Shown: positions 36,252 through 47,439 of the stretch, in pieces | Layout: every line of letters starts with the position of its first letter | Numbering within the stretch: position 1 is the first letter of the stretch | NCBI GenBank assembly: GCA_049968255.1 | Contig: JBMFRB010000008.1 | Span: 1 to 64,000, forward strand | Direction of reading: 5' to 3' | From: Candidatus Sumerlaeaceae bacterium | GTDB lineage: Bacteria > Sumerlaeota > Sumerlaeia > Sumerlaeales > Sumerlaeaceae | DNA length: 64,000 nt | Notes under the pieces: model-generated | What the model was told of the DNA's origin: nothing | Seen by the model: only the letters and a program-made list of their open reading frames with translations | The model's database searches: none | Translations under genes and position numbers: made by a program

Positions 36252-37223
36252 ATGCGACCGTTCCTACGCATTCTCTGGCCTTTGGCCATCGCCTTGCTCT
36301 TGGCTGGCTGTGCAAGCAAGAACCCCATAGATTATCTGCCGGAAGGCGAAGTTTACCTTGGGGTCAACGTTCCGAAATTCTATGCCGAGCAGGGTGGCAA
36401 GCGCCTTGCAGAAATCTTCAAGAAGCTCAGTGAGCAGCAGTTCATATCACCTCAGGCGGAGATGGTCCTGCTAAGTCTGAAAGGGCTCGGCCCCAGGCCT
36501 ACTCTTTACCTCGTTGCGACAACCAAGCCGGGCGCAGCAAATGTGATGTTGGAAGACGTTGCAAAATCGGCGAAAGCGACCAACGTGCAAGTGGCTGGCA
36601 TGCCCGGCTACCGCATCACTGCGCCCAAGAGCACATCCCAGGCGGAGTCGATGCTGCTCGTCCAGCTCTCAGACTCGGCGTTGCTCGGAGCACTTTCCGA
36701 GAAAGACCTAGAGACCATGGTCGCCACGGCTCGCAAAAAGAATCCCAGCGCCCGCGACACGGCAGAATTTTCGAAATGTCAATCCCTGCTTCTGAACGCA
36801 CCTTTTGTCGCCGTCGCCGATGTCGCACCCTACATTCGCCTGCTCCCGCTTGATAGCCTCACAAAAGCCAATCCCAAAGCTGCTGAGGCCCTACAAAAGA
36901 TACAAACCGTCTCGGTAACCGCCCACTGGGACACGCAGCCCATAGTCGAATGCCTTGCTTACACGCCTGAACAACAGGCCGCGAGTGACCTTGCCACGCT
37001 CGTCAATTTCATGCTCGTTATGCAGCACGCCACGCAAGGTCAGGCATGGCAAGGCATCTCTGCCTCGCCAACACAAGAAGGACTCTCTGTCACCCTCGAG
37101 ATTCCCAAGGAAACCGCCGACCACTGGCTTAGCGAATTAGAAAAAATGGCTGCGGAACTGCCGCGCGATCCAGCTCAACGCAGCGCCGCGCTCCTTACCA
37201 CCCTTACGAAACTCTTCCGGTGA
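36252..37223 (+). CDS. hypothetical lipoprotein
   Basis: MRPFLRILWPLAIALLLAGC: signal peptide with LAGC lipobox. Confidence 0.8.
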   Translation: MRPFLRILWPLAIALLLAGCASKNPIDYLPEGEVYLGVNVPKFYAEQGGKRLAEIFKKLSEQQFISPQAEMVLLSLKGLGPRPTLYLVATTKPGAANVMLEDVAKSAKATNVQVAGMPGYRITAPKSTSQAESMLLVQLSDSALLGALSEKDLETMVATARKKNPSARDTAEFSKCQSLLLNAPFVAVADVAPYIRLLPLDSLTKANPKAAEALQKIQTVSVTAHWDTQPIVECLAYTPEQQAASDLATLVNFMLVMQHATQGQAWQGISASPTQEGLSVTLEIPKETADHWLSELEKMAAELPRDPAQRSAALLTTLTKLFR

Positions 37224-37248
37224 CAAGCATCCCGACCCGGCAGAAGAC

Positions 37249-38385
37249 CTATTGCAGAACGGCGTAAATCCGGCCAGGCAATTGCTTGATGCAGCGTTTC
37301 ATTTCTAACGAAAGAAGCACCGACGCTAGCTCCTGCACCCCAAAGCGCTGAGAGTCGAGCCGCGCCAACAACACGTCGAAGCATTGCGGCTCGTGCCGAA
37401 GCAAATCGTAAACCGTTTCTTCTTCCGGCGTGAGATCGGGCAAGGCACTCGCCTCGCTCAATGCACAACGCTCTTGCGGCACTCCGCGCAACAACCCGCG
37501 CAGTTGATGGCGCATCTCGGCCAGCACATCGTCGGCCGACTGCACAAGCTTTGCCCCGCTCTGGATCAAAGCATTTGTACCGCGCGAATTTTCCCGCGTG
37601 ATGTCGCCCGGCACGGCAAACACGAAACGATTCTCCTCGAGCGCCTCGCGGGCCGTGATGAGCGCACCCGATTTTTCGGCTGCTTCCACGACGAGCGTTC
37701 CCAACGCCAACGCAGCGATAAGGTGATTGCGTTCCGGAAAGTTAAAACGGTCTGGTGGCGTTTTCATAGGATACTCGGTGACAAGCGCTCCTCGTTGCGC
37801 GATGGCATCAGCTAGATGTGCGTTTTCCTGCGGATAGCAGACACTCAGGCCATTGCCAAGGACGGCGATCGTTCGTCCACCGTTATCCAGAGCCGCACGA
37901 TGCGCCACCGAGTCCACACCACGCGCAAAACCACTGACAATAGCCAAACCAGCGCGCGCCAGGCGTCCGGCAAATTCCTGCGCCACTGCTCGCCCATATT
38001 GCGTGGCACGGCGCGACCCTATCACAGCAACCGCAAAGCGATCCATGGCGTCGAGCGTGCCCTTGAGAAAAAGAAGCGGCGGCGGAAACGAAGAGACACG
38101 CAGATTCTCAGGATACTCTTCATCGTCCAGCGTGAGCAAACGAACACCTCGGCGCTCCATCTCTGCCAGCTCCGCCTCCCATGCCGGGGAATGCGGGGCC
38201 ACGAGCACAGCCCTGGCAAGCGCCTCATCAAAGCCCGGCAAACTCGCGATTTCCGTCGCCGTCGCGCTAAACACCGCTTCTGGGGTCTGGAAATGATCAA
38301 TAAGCGTGTAGAAGCGCACCCGGCTCATCTGCGGCACGAGTCGCAGCGTCAGCCACCAGCGTTTCGTCTCGGCAGTTTCCGTCAT
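37249..38385 (-). CDS. dprA: DNA-protecting protein DprA
   Basis: AVIGSR, IVSGFARGVD, FPERN, VVEAAEKSGALITA, C-terminal winged helix. Confidence 0.95.
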   Translation of the reverse strand: MTETAETKRWWLTLRLVPQMSRVRFYTLIDHFQTPEAVFSATATEIASLPGFDEALARAVLVAPHSPAWEAELAEMERRGVRLLTLDDEEYPENLRVSSFPPPLLFLKGTLDAMDRFAVAVIGSRRATQYGRAVAQEFAGRLARAGLAIVSGFARGVDSVAHRAALDNGGRTIAVLGNGLSVCYPQENAHLADAIAQRGALVTEYPMKTPPDRFNFPERNHLIAALALGTLVVEAAEKSGALITAREALEENRFVFAVPGDITRENSRGTNALIQSGAKLVQSADDVLAEMRHQLRGLLRGVPQERCALSEASALPDLTPEEETVYDLLRHEPQCFDVLLARLDSQRFGVQELASVLLSLEMKRCIKQLPGRIYAVLQ

Positions 38386-38475
38386 CCCTAGCAAGGCAAT
38401 GTGGTCTCCAAGCCCGAAACCGCAACCAAATTTGTACGCTTGATTGGCAGGCTCTCGAGCTTATCATCACTGCCC

Positions 38476-39186
38476 ATGACAACGCAGCGCGAGAATTCAA
38501 AAACATCCCCGAAGGCAAAATCGCCTAAAAAGCCGGACGACCGAGTCGAGCGCGGGCACCGCATCAATGAGCTGCTGGCTCGCGCCTATCCCAACGCTCG
38601 CTGCTCACTAAATTTCTCTTCGCCCTACGAACTGCTGGTGGCCACAATCCTCAGCGCTCAGTGCACGGACGAACGCGTCAATCAAGTCACACCAGCGTTT
38701 TTCGAACGCTTTCCCGACGCAAAAGCTCTGGCCGCCGCCGATTTGCCCGAAATCGAGGAATCCATTCGCTCAACCGGCTTTTACCGCAACAAAGCGAAAG
38801 CGCTCAAGGGCATGGCCGAGGCCTTAGTGGCCCGCCACGGTGGCGACGTGCCCTCCACGATGGAAGAACTCGTCCAACTGCCTGGCGTCGGACGCAAAAC
38901 TGCCAATGTGGTACTCGGCAACTGTTTCGACACACCCGGTATCACGGTGGACACTCACGTAGGCCGCGTTGCCCAAAGGCTCGGCCTGACGAAACATTCC
39001 CAGCCCGACAAAATTGAAGAGGATCTCATGCGTTGCATCCCCCAACGCGACTGGACCCACTTCAGCCATCGCACGATCCTTCACGGTCGCTATGTCTGTC
39101 AGGCTCGCAAACCCAAATGTGAAATCTGCGTGCTCGCACCCGAATGCGACTACTACGCCGAGCAGGCGACGCCCAAGAAAAGTTAG
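38476..39186 (+). CDS. nth: endonuclease III
   Basis: LSAQCTD, HhH LPGVGRKTAN, VDTHV, C-x6-C-x2-C-x5-C Fe-S motif. Confidence 0.95.
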   Translation: MTTQRENSKTSPKAKSPKKPDDRVERGHRINELLARAYPNARCSLNFSSPYELLVATILSAQCTDERVNQVTPAFFERFPDAKALAAADLPEIEESIRSTGFYRNKAKALKGMAEALVARHGGDVPSTMEELVQLPGVGRKTANVVLGNCFDTPGITVDTHVGRVAQRLGLTKHSQPDKIEEDLMRCIPQRDWTHFSHRTILHGRYVCQARKPKCEICVLAPECDYYAEQATPKKS

Positions 39187-39266
39187 ATGCGGCACCGGAG
39201 CCCAACACATCGCGCTTGATTGCTTGCTCCCCCACACGCGAACCTCTAATCGCGGAGGAAGACCCA

Positions 39267-39569
39267 ATGGATGATTTTTACCAAATCACGTGTCCGGAAT
39301 GCAAAACAGTCCTGGTCGTCGAAAGGCGAACAGGCAAAGTCGTGGAAGTGCGTCGCCCCATCCTTGAAAGCTCGACCGGCGACCGCTTCGAGGACGCCGT
39401 GAAAAAAGTGCGGGAGCGCGAGACTCTTGCGGACGAAAAATTCCGCAAAGCGCTTGAGTCGCAAAAGACAAAAAAGTCGAAACTCGATCAGCTCTTCCAG
39501 GAAACCCTGAAAAAAGTTGAAGAATCGGGCCAAGAGATAAGGCCGGTCAACCCCTTCGATAATGACTAA
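39267..39569 (+). CDS. small hypothetical protein with CxxC knuckle and coiled-coil tail
   Basis: GGAGG before ATG 39267; MDDFYQITCPECK...; charged helical C-terminus. Confidence 0.7.
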   Translation: MDDFYQITCPECKTVLVVERRTGKVVEVRRPILESSTGDRFEDAVKKVRERETLADEKFRKALESQKTKKSKLDQLFQETLKKVEESGQEIRPVNPFDND

Positions 39570-39583
39570 TTTTTCCGCCATCA

Positions 39584-39612
39584 TTGACGGGTCATCGGAC
39601 TCGTTATAAAGT
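39584..39612 (+). promoter_or_regulatory. sigma70-type promoter of the tandem receiver gene
   Basis: TTGACG-17 nt-TAAAGT, 25 nt before ATG 39638. Confidence 0.55.
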
Positions 39613-39637
39613 TCTGGTCAAGAAAAGGGGCCAAACG

Positions 39638-40723
39638 ATGCCGAAACGCAGAATTCTCATCGTGGATGACGAAGCAGATATTCGGGCAATCATCCGTGCC
39701 ACGCTCACGCCAAAATACGAAGTCGTCGAGGCGCACGACGGCCTCGATGCCGCTCAAAAGCTCGAGCTGGTCGAGCCGGATTTTGTCATTCTCGACGTGA
39801 TGATGCCCCTGATGGATGGCTACGACACCTGTCGCGTCATCCGTAACCACCCGCAATTCAAGGACATCTCTGTGCTGTTCCTTTCGGCACTCGGCGCAAA
39901 AGAGGATATCATCAAAGGCTATAGCGCCGGTGCCAATCTCTACCTCACGAAACCTTTCGAGCCGGCGCGTCTTCTGAAAGTTGTGGACCTCTTTTTTGAG
40001 GAGAAAAATCCCCCATATTGCGAGAAACGCTTCTCGCTGGAGGAGCTACAGAAGCTCGAACACATGCCGCCAGAGGCGATCTCTCGCGCTCACGCTAGCG
40101 GCTCATTCAAAGCCGTCGAAGTCGAGCACGTTCAGCCGACACCCACACAGGAGTCCGCGCCTGCCACCCCACCACCGCCAAAATCTGCTGCTCCCCAGCC
40201 GCCATCGCGCCCACGTGTCGTTATTGTGGACGACGACGAGGACGTAGTCACCATCGCGCTGATGGCGCTCGCTGATGAGTTCGAGGTCGCCGGCGCTCTC
40301 GACGGCATGGAGGGCATCGAAAAAATCATTCTCTACGAACCCGACATCATTGTGCTCGATGTCATGCTCCCGAAGATGAGTGGCTATCAGCTTTGCCAAT
40401 CCCTGCGCCGCAACAAGCGCTTCACACAGACCCCGATCGTTGTGCTGTCGGCGAAATCCTCGCCGCGTGATCAGGATTACGCCCTGCGCCTTGGCGCAAA
40501 TGCGTTCGTCCCAAAGCCGTTCGATCCTGACCGCCTCCGCGCAGCGCTCGAGGCCATCGTCGAACAACCAGGTTTCGTCATTCTCCCGAAAGCGCTCTCC
40601 TGGCAACAAATGCAATTCGAGGAAAATCGTCGCAGAAAAGCCCTCGAAGAACACGTCGACAAAGTCACGCGCAAACAGGAGACCGAGCTGGAAAAGTTTC
40701 TTCGCGAACACGGAACCGAATGA
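39638..40723 (+). CDS. response regulator with two receiver domains and no output domain
   Basis: REC1 IVDDE / ILDVMMP / TKPF; Pro-rich linker; REC2 IVDDD / VLDVMLP / PKPF. Confidence 0.9.
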   Translation: MPKRRILIVDDEADIRAIIRATLTPKYEVVEAHDGLDAAQKLELVEPDFVILDVMMPLMDGYDTCRVIRNHPQFKDISVLFLSALGAKEDIIKGYSAGANLYLTKPFEPARLLKVVDLFFEEKNPPYCEKRFSLEELQKLEHMPPEAISRAHASGSFKAVEVEHVQPTPTQESAPATPPPPKSAAPQPPSRPRVVIVDDDEDVVTIALMALADEFEVAGALDGMEGIEKIILYEPDIIVLDVMLPKMSGYQLCQSLRRNKRFTQTPIVVLSAKSSPRDQDYALRLGANAFVPKPFDPDRLRAALEAIVEQPGFVILPKALSWQQMQFEENRRRKALEEHVDKVTRKQETELEKFLREHGTE

Positions 40724-40885
40724 GCCCGCGTCAAGCCGACATTGGGAATAGCCGATGCAGCGGCATAAGCGCTCGCTCAACGCACACACAAGAAATTTTC
40801 TTGCGTAGAAAGTAGACGAGCTCGACCCTCTTACCGGTCGCTAAGGCCACTGATGAATTGTCACGACAATAGGTAGCCAATTTGA

Positions 40886-41650
<765 letters not shown>

Positions 41651-41679
41651 CAGCCTTCTCCGGCTTCGCGCAGTCGCCG

Positions 41680-42990
41680 CTAGTTTTCGTCCGATCCAAA
41701 CGTGCGCTTACGCATGTCATCGAGCTGTTCGAGATAGTTCTTCGCGTCCTCGATCAACTCCTGCGCCCAATCCACGTCGCTCTCAAAAATCTCGGACAGC
41801 TTATAAGGATCCGCCGTCGTTAGCTCGGCCACGCTCTTGATGCCCGCGCTAGCAAGCTTATCTAAAATTCCCTCTTCAAGGACGTCCTTCTGCGACAGCA
41901 AGTCAGCAAGATAGCGCTGCTCCACCTGCTCACGATCAACGCTCGCAAGCTTTTGTTCTTCGCCCTCAGGGTGAATATCAAGCGTCAGACCCGTCAACTT
42001 CGCGGCAAGCCGCGCATTCTGCCCACGCTTACCGATTGCCAGCGAAAGATTCTGCTCCTTGACGATGACGATGGCCTTGCGCTCCTCAGGAATGACGCGC
42101 ACCGAAGCGATTTCGGCGGGCACAAGTGCTCGCGCCACGAACTCCTCAAGCTTGGGTGAATAGGCCACGACGTCAATTTTCTCATTGTCGAGTTCGCGCA
42201 CGATCATTTGCACCCGCGATCCCTTGAGTCCCACGCACGCACCCACAGGATCCACCTCTTTGCTCGTGCTCTCGACGGCAATCTTCGTGCGCACCCCCGG
42301 ATCACGCGCGATCCGCACAATCTTCACCGTGCCATCAGCGATCTCCGGCACCTCCTGCTCAAAGAGCTTGCTCACAAGCTCAGGACTCGTGCGCGACACT
42401 GTGATCATCGGTCCACGCGCCGAAGGGTCCACCTTTGTGACCAGCACCTTGATCCGATCGTTGGGTTGATATTTCACCATCGGTGGAATTTCGCGTCGTG
42501 GCAAGAGGGCTTCGACGCGCCCCAGGCTCACGACCACCGTACCATCGCGCTCGACACGCTGGACCACAGCATTGACAACATCGCCAATGCGATTGGTCCA
42601 CTCAGCGACAACTTTCTCGCGCTCTGCATCTTGAATTTTCTGAGCCAAAATTTGCCGCATGTTTTGGGCGGCCACGTGCCCAAGCGCCGACGGATCTTCG
42701 TCCACTTCAATCTCGTCGCCGATCTGCGCATCCTTGTTGATCTTGCGCGCTTGGCGCAGAGCAATCATCGTCCGTGGATTTGTCACCTCTTGCACCACCG
42801 TCTTTTTCACCCACAAATGAAGAACGCCGGTCTCGACGTCGAGCTCCGCACGAGGCTCTTTGTACTGCGCCAACGCCCTCCGCGACGCCGCAATGATAGC
42901 CTCCTCGATGGCCTGCTTGATAAGCTGCACATCGAGCTCCTTCTCTTTCGAAAGCTGTTTCACGAGTGCCTTCAGGGCTTCTGCGTTCAT
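41680..42990 (-). CDS. nusA: transcription termination/antitermination factor NusA
   Basis: S1 domain, LFEQEVPEI, DPVGACVG, LAIGKRGQNARLA KH motifs, acidic C-terminal extension; start ATG 42990. Confidence 0.95.
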   Translation of the reverse strand: MNAEALKALVKQLSKEKELDVQLIKQAIEEAIIAASRRALAQYKEPRAELDVETGVLHLWVKKTVVQEVTNPRTMIALRQARKINKDAQIGDEIEVDEDPSALGHVAAQNMRQILAQKIQDAEREKVVAEWTNRIGDVVNAVVQRVERDGTVVVSLGRVEALLPRREIPPMVKYQPNDRIKVLVTKVDPSARGPMITVSRTSPELVSKLFEQEVPEIADGTVKIVRIARDPGVRTKIAVESTSKEVDPVGACVGLKGSRVQMIVRELDNEKIDVVAYSPKLEEFVARALVPAEIASVRVIPEERKAIVIVKEQNLSLAIGKRGQNARLAAKLTGLTLDIHPEGEEQKLASVDREQVEQRYLADLLSQKDVLEEGILDKLASAGIKSVAELTTADPYKLSEIFESDVDWAQELIEDAKNYLEQLDDMRKRTFGSDEN

Positions 42991-43045
42991 CCTCTGACTC
43001 TCCTTTGTCACTCGCTGTCCGTCCCCCCTGGGGACGAGCGGCGCC

Positions 43046-43077
43046 AAAACAAAAAGTGGGCTTTTTGGGCCCACTTC
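43046..43077 (-). promoter_or_regulatory. rimP-leader-like attenuator hairpin upstream of nusA
   Basis: Minus strand AAGTGGGC-CCAAAAA-GCCCACTT followed by TTTGTTTT, about 55 nt before the nusA start. Confidence 0.7.
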
Positions 43078-43212
43078 TCGTACCCATTCGTTCTCTTAAG
43101 AAACCTAAATCCTACAGTGCAAGCAAAATCATCCTTACAGAATTTGCGCTCACATGCGTACCACCGTGTGTCAAAAAGTATTCACCTTTGAAATGTCAGC
43201 CGTTGGACACGC

Positions 43213-44091
43213 CTAGATCATAATTTCGCCGCCAGGCCCCTGCGGTGGACCACCAGCCGGAGTGGCTCCAGGAGCACCGGGCATGGCGGGGATCCCTGGC
43301 TGGCCTGCTCCAGGTGCCGGCGGCAACCCCGGCTGGGCGCCAGGCAGAGCAGGCATTGCCCCAGGAGCAGCCGCAGGCGCACCCAACGCTTGGGGCGCCG
43401 CACTCGGCGCACTCGGCAGCGCCGGCATCGTTGCAGGAGCTACGCTTGAGCCTACCGCTGCTTGCGGATATGGCGCCAACGCTGGTGTTGGCGTAGCAGA
43501 TCCCGGCCCCCCAATCACTCCCGCAAGCGCTTGTCCGCTTGGAACCTGAGGCGCCCCATGCGTCGCAGGCTTCGATGTCTTTATAGGTTTCGCCAATTCA
43601 CGGTTGAGCTCCTTGATAAACATATTGCCGCGCCCCTCGCGCTGAGCATCGCGCTGGGCAAGCGTGTCCATCTCATCCTTGGCAATTTTCAGCCTGTTTT
43701 CAACATCACGCCGGAAATTGGGTTCGAGCCCTGGCACCTCGAGGATGTTTCCGTAGCACCGTATCGCTGTTTGATAATAGTCGCGCGCCTCATCCGACTT
43801 TTTTGCGCGCCCATGTTTGAGGGCCAGCGCCGCCACAATGAGATTCAGGCGCACAGCGCGGGGCTGCAGCGCAGCAGCCTTGGCAAGGTTCTCGTACGCT
43901 CTTTCATAATCAATGTGGTCAAGCGCTTTTATTCCTGCCGCGTAGAACTCGATGCCCTCCGGCGGCAGCGTCGCCAGCTCCTCGGCCGACGGCAGCTTGA
44001 ACTCTTCCGCCCACACACCCAACGGCATAAATGCGGCGACTGCGGCCACGACCACAAACCACACTGCCTTCAACATGCGAAGACCTTTCAT
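43213..44091 (-). CDS. secreted TPR-like protein with Pro/Ala/Gly-rich tail
   Basis: Signal peptide ending VWA, helical repeats (YAAGIKAL..., ARDYYQTA), ~110-aa low-complexity C-terminus. Confidence 0.75.
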   Translation of the reverse strand: MKGLRMLKAVWFVVVAAVAAFMPLGVWAEEFKLPSAEELATLPPEGIEFYAAGIKALDHIDYERAYENLAKAAALQPRAVRLNLIVAALALKHGRAKKSDEARDYYQTAIRCYGNILEVPGLEPNFRRDVENRLKIAKDEMDTLAQRDAQREGRGNMFIKELNRELAKPIKTSKPATHGAPQVPSGQALAGVIGGPGSATPTPALAPYPQAAVGSSVAPATMPALPSAPSAAPQALGAPAAAPGAMPALPGAQPGLPPAPGAGQPGIPAMPGAPGATPAGGPPQGPGGEIMI

Positions 44092-44313
44092 GTCTCCATT
44101 CGCTCCTTTGCTTCTCTCGTGACTTGCTTTCGTCAAAAGATAAAAACACCTCACGAGCTTCCCTTTCATAATGATAAGGCGTGTTAGTCTTGTATCTGTG
44201 CAACTGAAGCGCAACTTCAACTTGATTTTTTGCCTGTGGAAAAGGACAACGATCAACGCGTTTTGCGGTAGCCCATTTCTCTTTTTCTGAGCCAACAGAG
44301 TAGAGGACTAAAC

Positions 44314-44913
44314 ATGGCCAAAGAAGCCCTGATTGCCGACGCCATCTTTGAAGCAGCACAAAAAGTCTTCAGGTCAAAAGGATGCGCAAAAGCCAGCCTC
44401 GAGGACATCGCTAAGGAAGCCAAAATTGACGTCAAGAAACTAAAATCCGCGTACCCTAGCGTGGAAGCAATCATTCAGGGCATCCTGGACAAGGACATTG
44501 CCGAATCCACTGAGCTGTTTACGCGCATCATCAACGATCGGGGCAAAGCCGACGTCAAGCTCACCCGTCTCGTGCGCGAGCTGCTGTTGCGCTACCAGCA
44601 AAGCTATGTGGTCTCGTGCGTCATCAGCGAAGGCGTCGAACACAGCGATTCGGACATCCGCTTTGTCAAGTCGTGTCTCTCATCCGATCACATTGACCGC
44701 TATCGCCAAAACACAGCCATCCTTGGACGCCTTATTGCCCAGGGCCAGAGCGAAGGACTTTTCACCGATGCTGATCCCGTGGAAGCAGCTTACCTGCTTC
44801 GCGGCATGATGGGTGCCGCCGTCCGTTATCGCTCCGTCACCGGCAAAGAGGACGATATCCGCGATCACGCCGATTTTGTCATGCGCATCTTTTTCAAGGG
44901 GCTGCTGCGTTAG
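44314..44913 (+). CDS. TetR/AcrR-family transcriptional regulator
   Basis: IFEAAQKVFRSKG..ASLEDIAKEA N-terminus, LIAQGQSEGLF...DP and FFKGL C-terminus; GAGG before ATG. Confidence 0.8.
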   Translation: MAKEALIADAIFEAAQKVFRSKGCAKASLEDIAKEAKIDVKKLKSAYPSVEAIIQGILDKDIAESTELFTRIINDRGKADVKLTRLVRELLLRYQQSYVVSCVISEGVEHSDSDIRFVKSCLSSDHIDRYRQNTAILGRLIAQGQSEGLFTDADPVEAAYLLRGMMGAAVRYRSVTGKEDDIRDHADFVMRIFFKGLLR

Positions 44914-45064
44914 GCACAACACTTCTGCCTCCGCCAGCGCCAACAACCAGCTCGAACTTCTTCACCAAAGATGAGCGTTCCCACGTTGACAAAGCCGTTG
45001 GGCAGTTCCATCTTCTCTGCTAAAGAACGTGGAGCTGCAAATTGCTGCGAAAGAGGGCACAAGT

Positions 45065-47014
45065 GTGAAACGTTCCATTTTGATGTTGGCGACGATGCTA
45101 TGGAGTACCATCGCGCTCTTGCCAGCCCTGGCCGACACCGTCACGTTGAGATCCGGACGCCAGCTTGTGGGGGCGGTTGTCGAAGAAACGCCCCAGCAGG
45201 TTGTGATCACCACTCGCCTTGGCACCTTGACTCTCTCTCGCAGTGATGTGACCAACATCCAGCGCGATGGCATGGTCACAGAGGAAGTGGACGGCGACGC
45301 CGCACGGGATACCCAGAACTTTGCTCGCGCAAAAGAGCTTTATGAGTTCGCCCTTCAAAAGGTTCCGTCGGCTGGGCCTGCGAAAGAGCGACTTGAAAAG
45401 AAACTCAAAGAGATCGAGGCTCTCCTTTCCGCCACTTCCCGCTCGGCTGTTGACCAGGAGATTGCCGCCTTGGGCAACCTTGTGGCCAGCAAACGCTTCG
45501 ACGACGCCATCCGCCAGGCCGAGCGCCTCATGACCACCAAACTTTCCGACGAACAGACAAGCATGGTGGCCCGCCTCAAGGCCGAAGCTCACTTCGGCCG
45601 TGCCCAAAGACTCCTCGATAGCATGAACTTTCTCGAGGCCAACAAAGAACTCGAAAAGTGCGTTTCCACTTACGAGCCATTCTATCGCGCTCATCTCTTT
45701 CTCGGCGAACGCCTTCTTCAGAGTGCCTACACTCAAAATCAAGGCATCGAGGAAGTGCTCAAAGGCCTGCAATACGGCGAAAAAGAGATGACGGAACTGG
45801 AGCGAGTGAAATACCACTACTTGGCCGGCCGCGCCCTCTACCAGCGGGGCGCCTACAAAGAAGCTGCCACACACTTCGTCGAATGCGTGCGCGCCAAGGA
45901 CAAGTATCCCGCTTACGCCGACGCGCTCGACCGCGCCGCGGACTGTTTTGTGAAGATGGGCGAACAAACCGTGCTCAAGAATGCCCAAGAGACCATCGCC
46001 AATCTCCAGCGCGCCCTGGAACTCGACCCGAAAAAAGCGCAAGCGTGGTTCCTGCTTGGAAAACTTTACCGCGACCTCGGCCAAACCGAAAAAGCTATCG
46101 ACGCGTTCCAGAAACTGCTCGAAATCGATCCGAATTTCCCCTACGGAAATCAGTTCTTAGCTCTCAGCTTTATTGACGCCAAGGATTACGACCAGGCGCT
46201 CGAACAACTCAACGAAGAGATAAAGAAACGTCCCGACAACTATCAAGCCTATGTCGACCGTGCGGAGGTCCAAATTCAGCTCGGCAACTACGACAAAGCC
46301 GACAAGGACCTGGAAACTGTGACATCAAAAGATCCAAGTCGGTGGGAGGCTTTCCTCACGCGAGCACGCCTGGCATTCGTGCAGGAGGAATACGACAAGG
46401 CGAAAGAAAACCTCATGCGTGTGCTGGCCCTCAAGCCTGACGCCATCGAAGCCCACATCATCATGGGTAAAGTGCTACGGGCCCAGAAAGACTACGACGG
46501 AGCCAAAAAATGGCTGAACAACGTCGTCAGTTACCTTGAACAAATTCCTGACCTGACCTTCAAATACAAGAACTACTTGGCCGAAGCGCAGACCCAACTC
46601 GCGGAGATTGACCTTCAACAGGAAAGCCCGCGGCAAGCCGAAACTCGTTTACAAATCGCGCTCGAGCACGTCCCCAACTATCCGCCAGCCCTCGCGCGAC
46701 TTGGCGACGTCAAAAAACGCCTCGCTAGCGACGTGGACCACGCCCTGCGCAAGAAGTTCTATCGCGAAGCAGAAAATTACTATCTCCAGGCCATTGATGC
46801 CGATCCAAAGAATCCCGATTTTTACCTCGCGTTGGCAATCCTCTACCATAAAAACCTCAAAGACACGCGAAAGGCTGTCGAAAATTACAAAAAGTACCTC
46901 GAACTGGGCGGCAAGGACAAGGCCACCGTCGCCAAATGGATTGAAGAATGCGGCGGCACTGTGAGTCAGGACCTCCTGCAAACAACAGAAACAGCCAACG
47001 CCAACTCAAAATAA
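45065..47014 (+). CDS. secreted tetratricopeptide-repeat protein
   Basis: Signal peptide ending ALA-D, N-terminal DTVTLRSG..LVG beta domain, many TPRs (AWFLLGKLY..LG..EKAIDAFQKLLEIDP); GTG start 45065. Confidence 0.88.
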   Translation: MKRSILMLATMLWSTIALLPALADTVTLRSGRQLVGAVVEETPQQVVITTRLGTLTLSRSDVTNIQRDGMVTEEVDGDAARDTQNFARAKELYEFALQKVPSAGPAKERLEKKLKEIEALLSATSRSAVDQEIAALGNLVASKRFDDAIRQAERLMTTKLSDEQTSMVARLKAEAHFGRAQRLLDSMNFLEANKELEKCVSTYEPFYRAHLFLGERLLQSAYTQNQGIEEVLKGLQYGEKEMTELERVKYHYLAGRALYQRGAYKEAATHFVECVRAKDKYPAYADALDRAADCFVKMGEQTVLKNAQETIANLQRALELDPKKAQAWFLLGKLYRDLGQTEKAIDAFQKLLEIDPNFPYGNQFLALSFIDAKDYDQALEQLNEEIKKRPDNYQAYVDRAEVQIQLGNYDKADKDLETVTSKDPSRWEAFLTRARLAFVQEEYDKAKENLMRVLALKPDAIEAHIIMGKVLRAQKDYDGAKKWLNNVVSYLEQIPDLTFKYKNYLAEAQTQLAEIDLQQESPRQAETRLQIALEHVPNYPPALARLGDVKKRLASDVDHALRKKFYREAENYYLQAIDADPKNPDFYLALAILYHKNLKDTRKAVENYKKYLELGGKDKATVAKWIEECGGTVSQDLLQTTETANANSK

Positions 47015-47439
47015 GGAACCAAGTTTAGCGCTCCGTGCAAGAGCCCCACTGCCGTGGTCCAGGGTGCTAGGCAAAACCTCAGCTTTCTCCCCCAATGCAG
47101 GTCAAAACGCGGCACCATGACTCGTCCCCTCTGTGAGGCCGACCGGGCAAATGTTCAAGCTGGAGCACTCGCATCCATGGCTTGCGCACGCCGGCTACAG
47201 CCTGGCCGCCTAAGCAATGACCGCTGAGCGCACATCCGGTGACGAGTTCCGTCTTCGCTGCATCCCCCGATCACTTCGGCTTTCGCAAAACGGCCTCGCC
47301 TAGCCACCATCCGCCACCAGGCAAATGTGCATCCCATGAAATCATCGGCCGTGACCCAATTGATGTTGACTAAGCACCACGCAGTCGCACCAAATCGGTA
47401 CTCTAACTTTATCACTTGGAGGAAGAAAGGGGCCTTACC

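Noticed and set aside
45098-46084. Long antisense ORFs (328 aa here; also 28155..29567, 42208..43191, 52372..53508, 55311..56267)
   Set aside because: Each mirrors a well-supported gene on the opposite strand and has no recognisable motif
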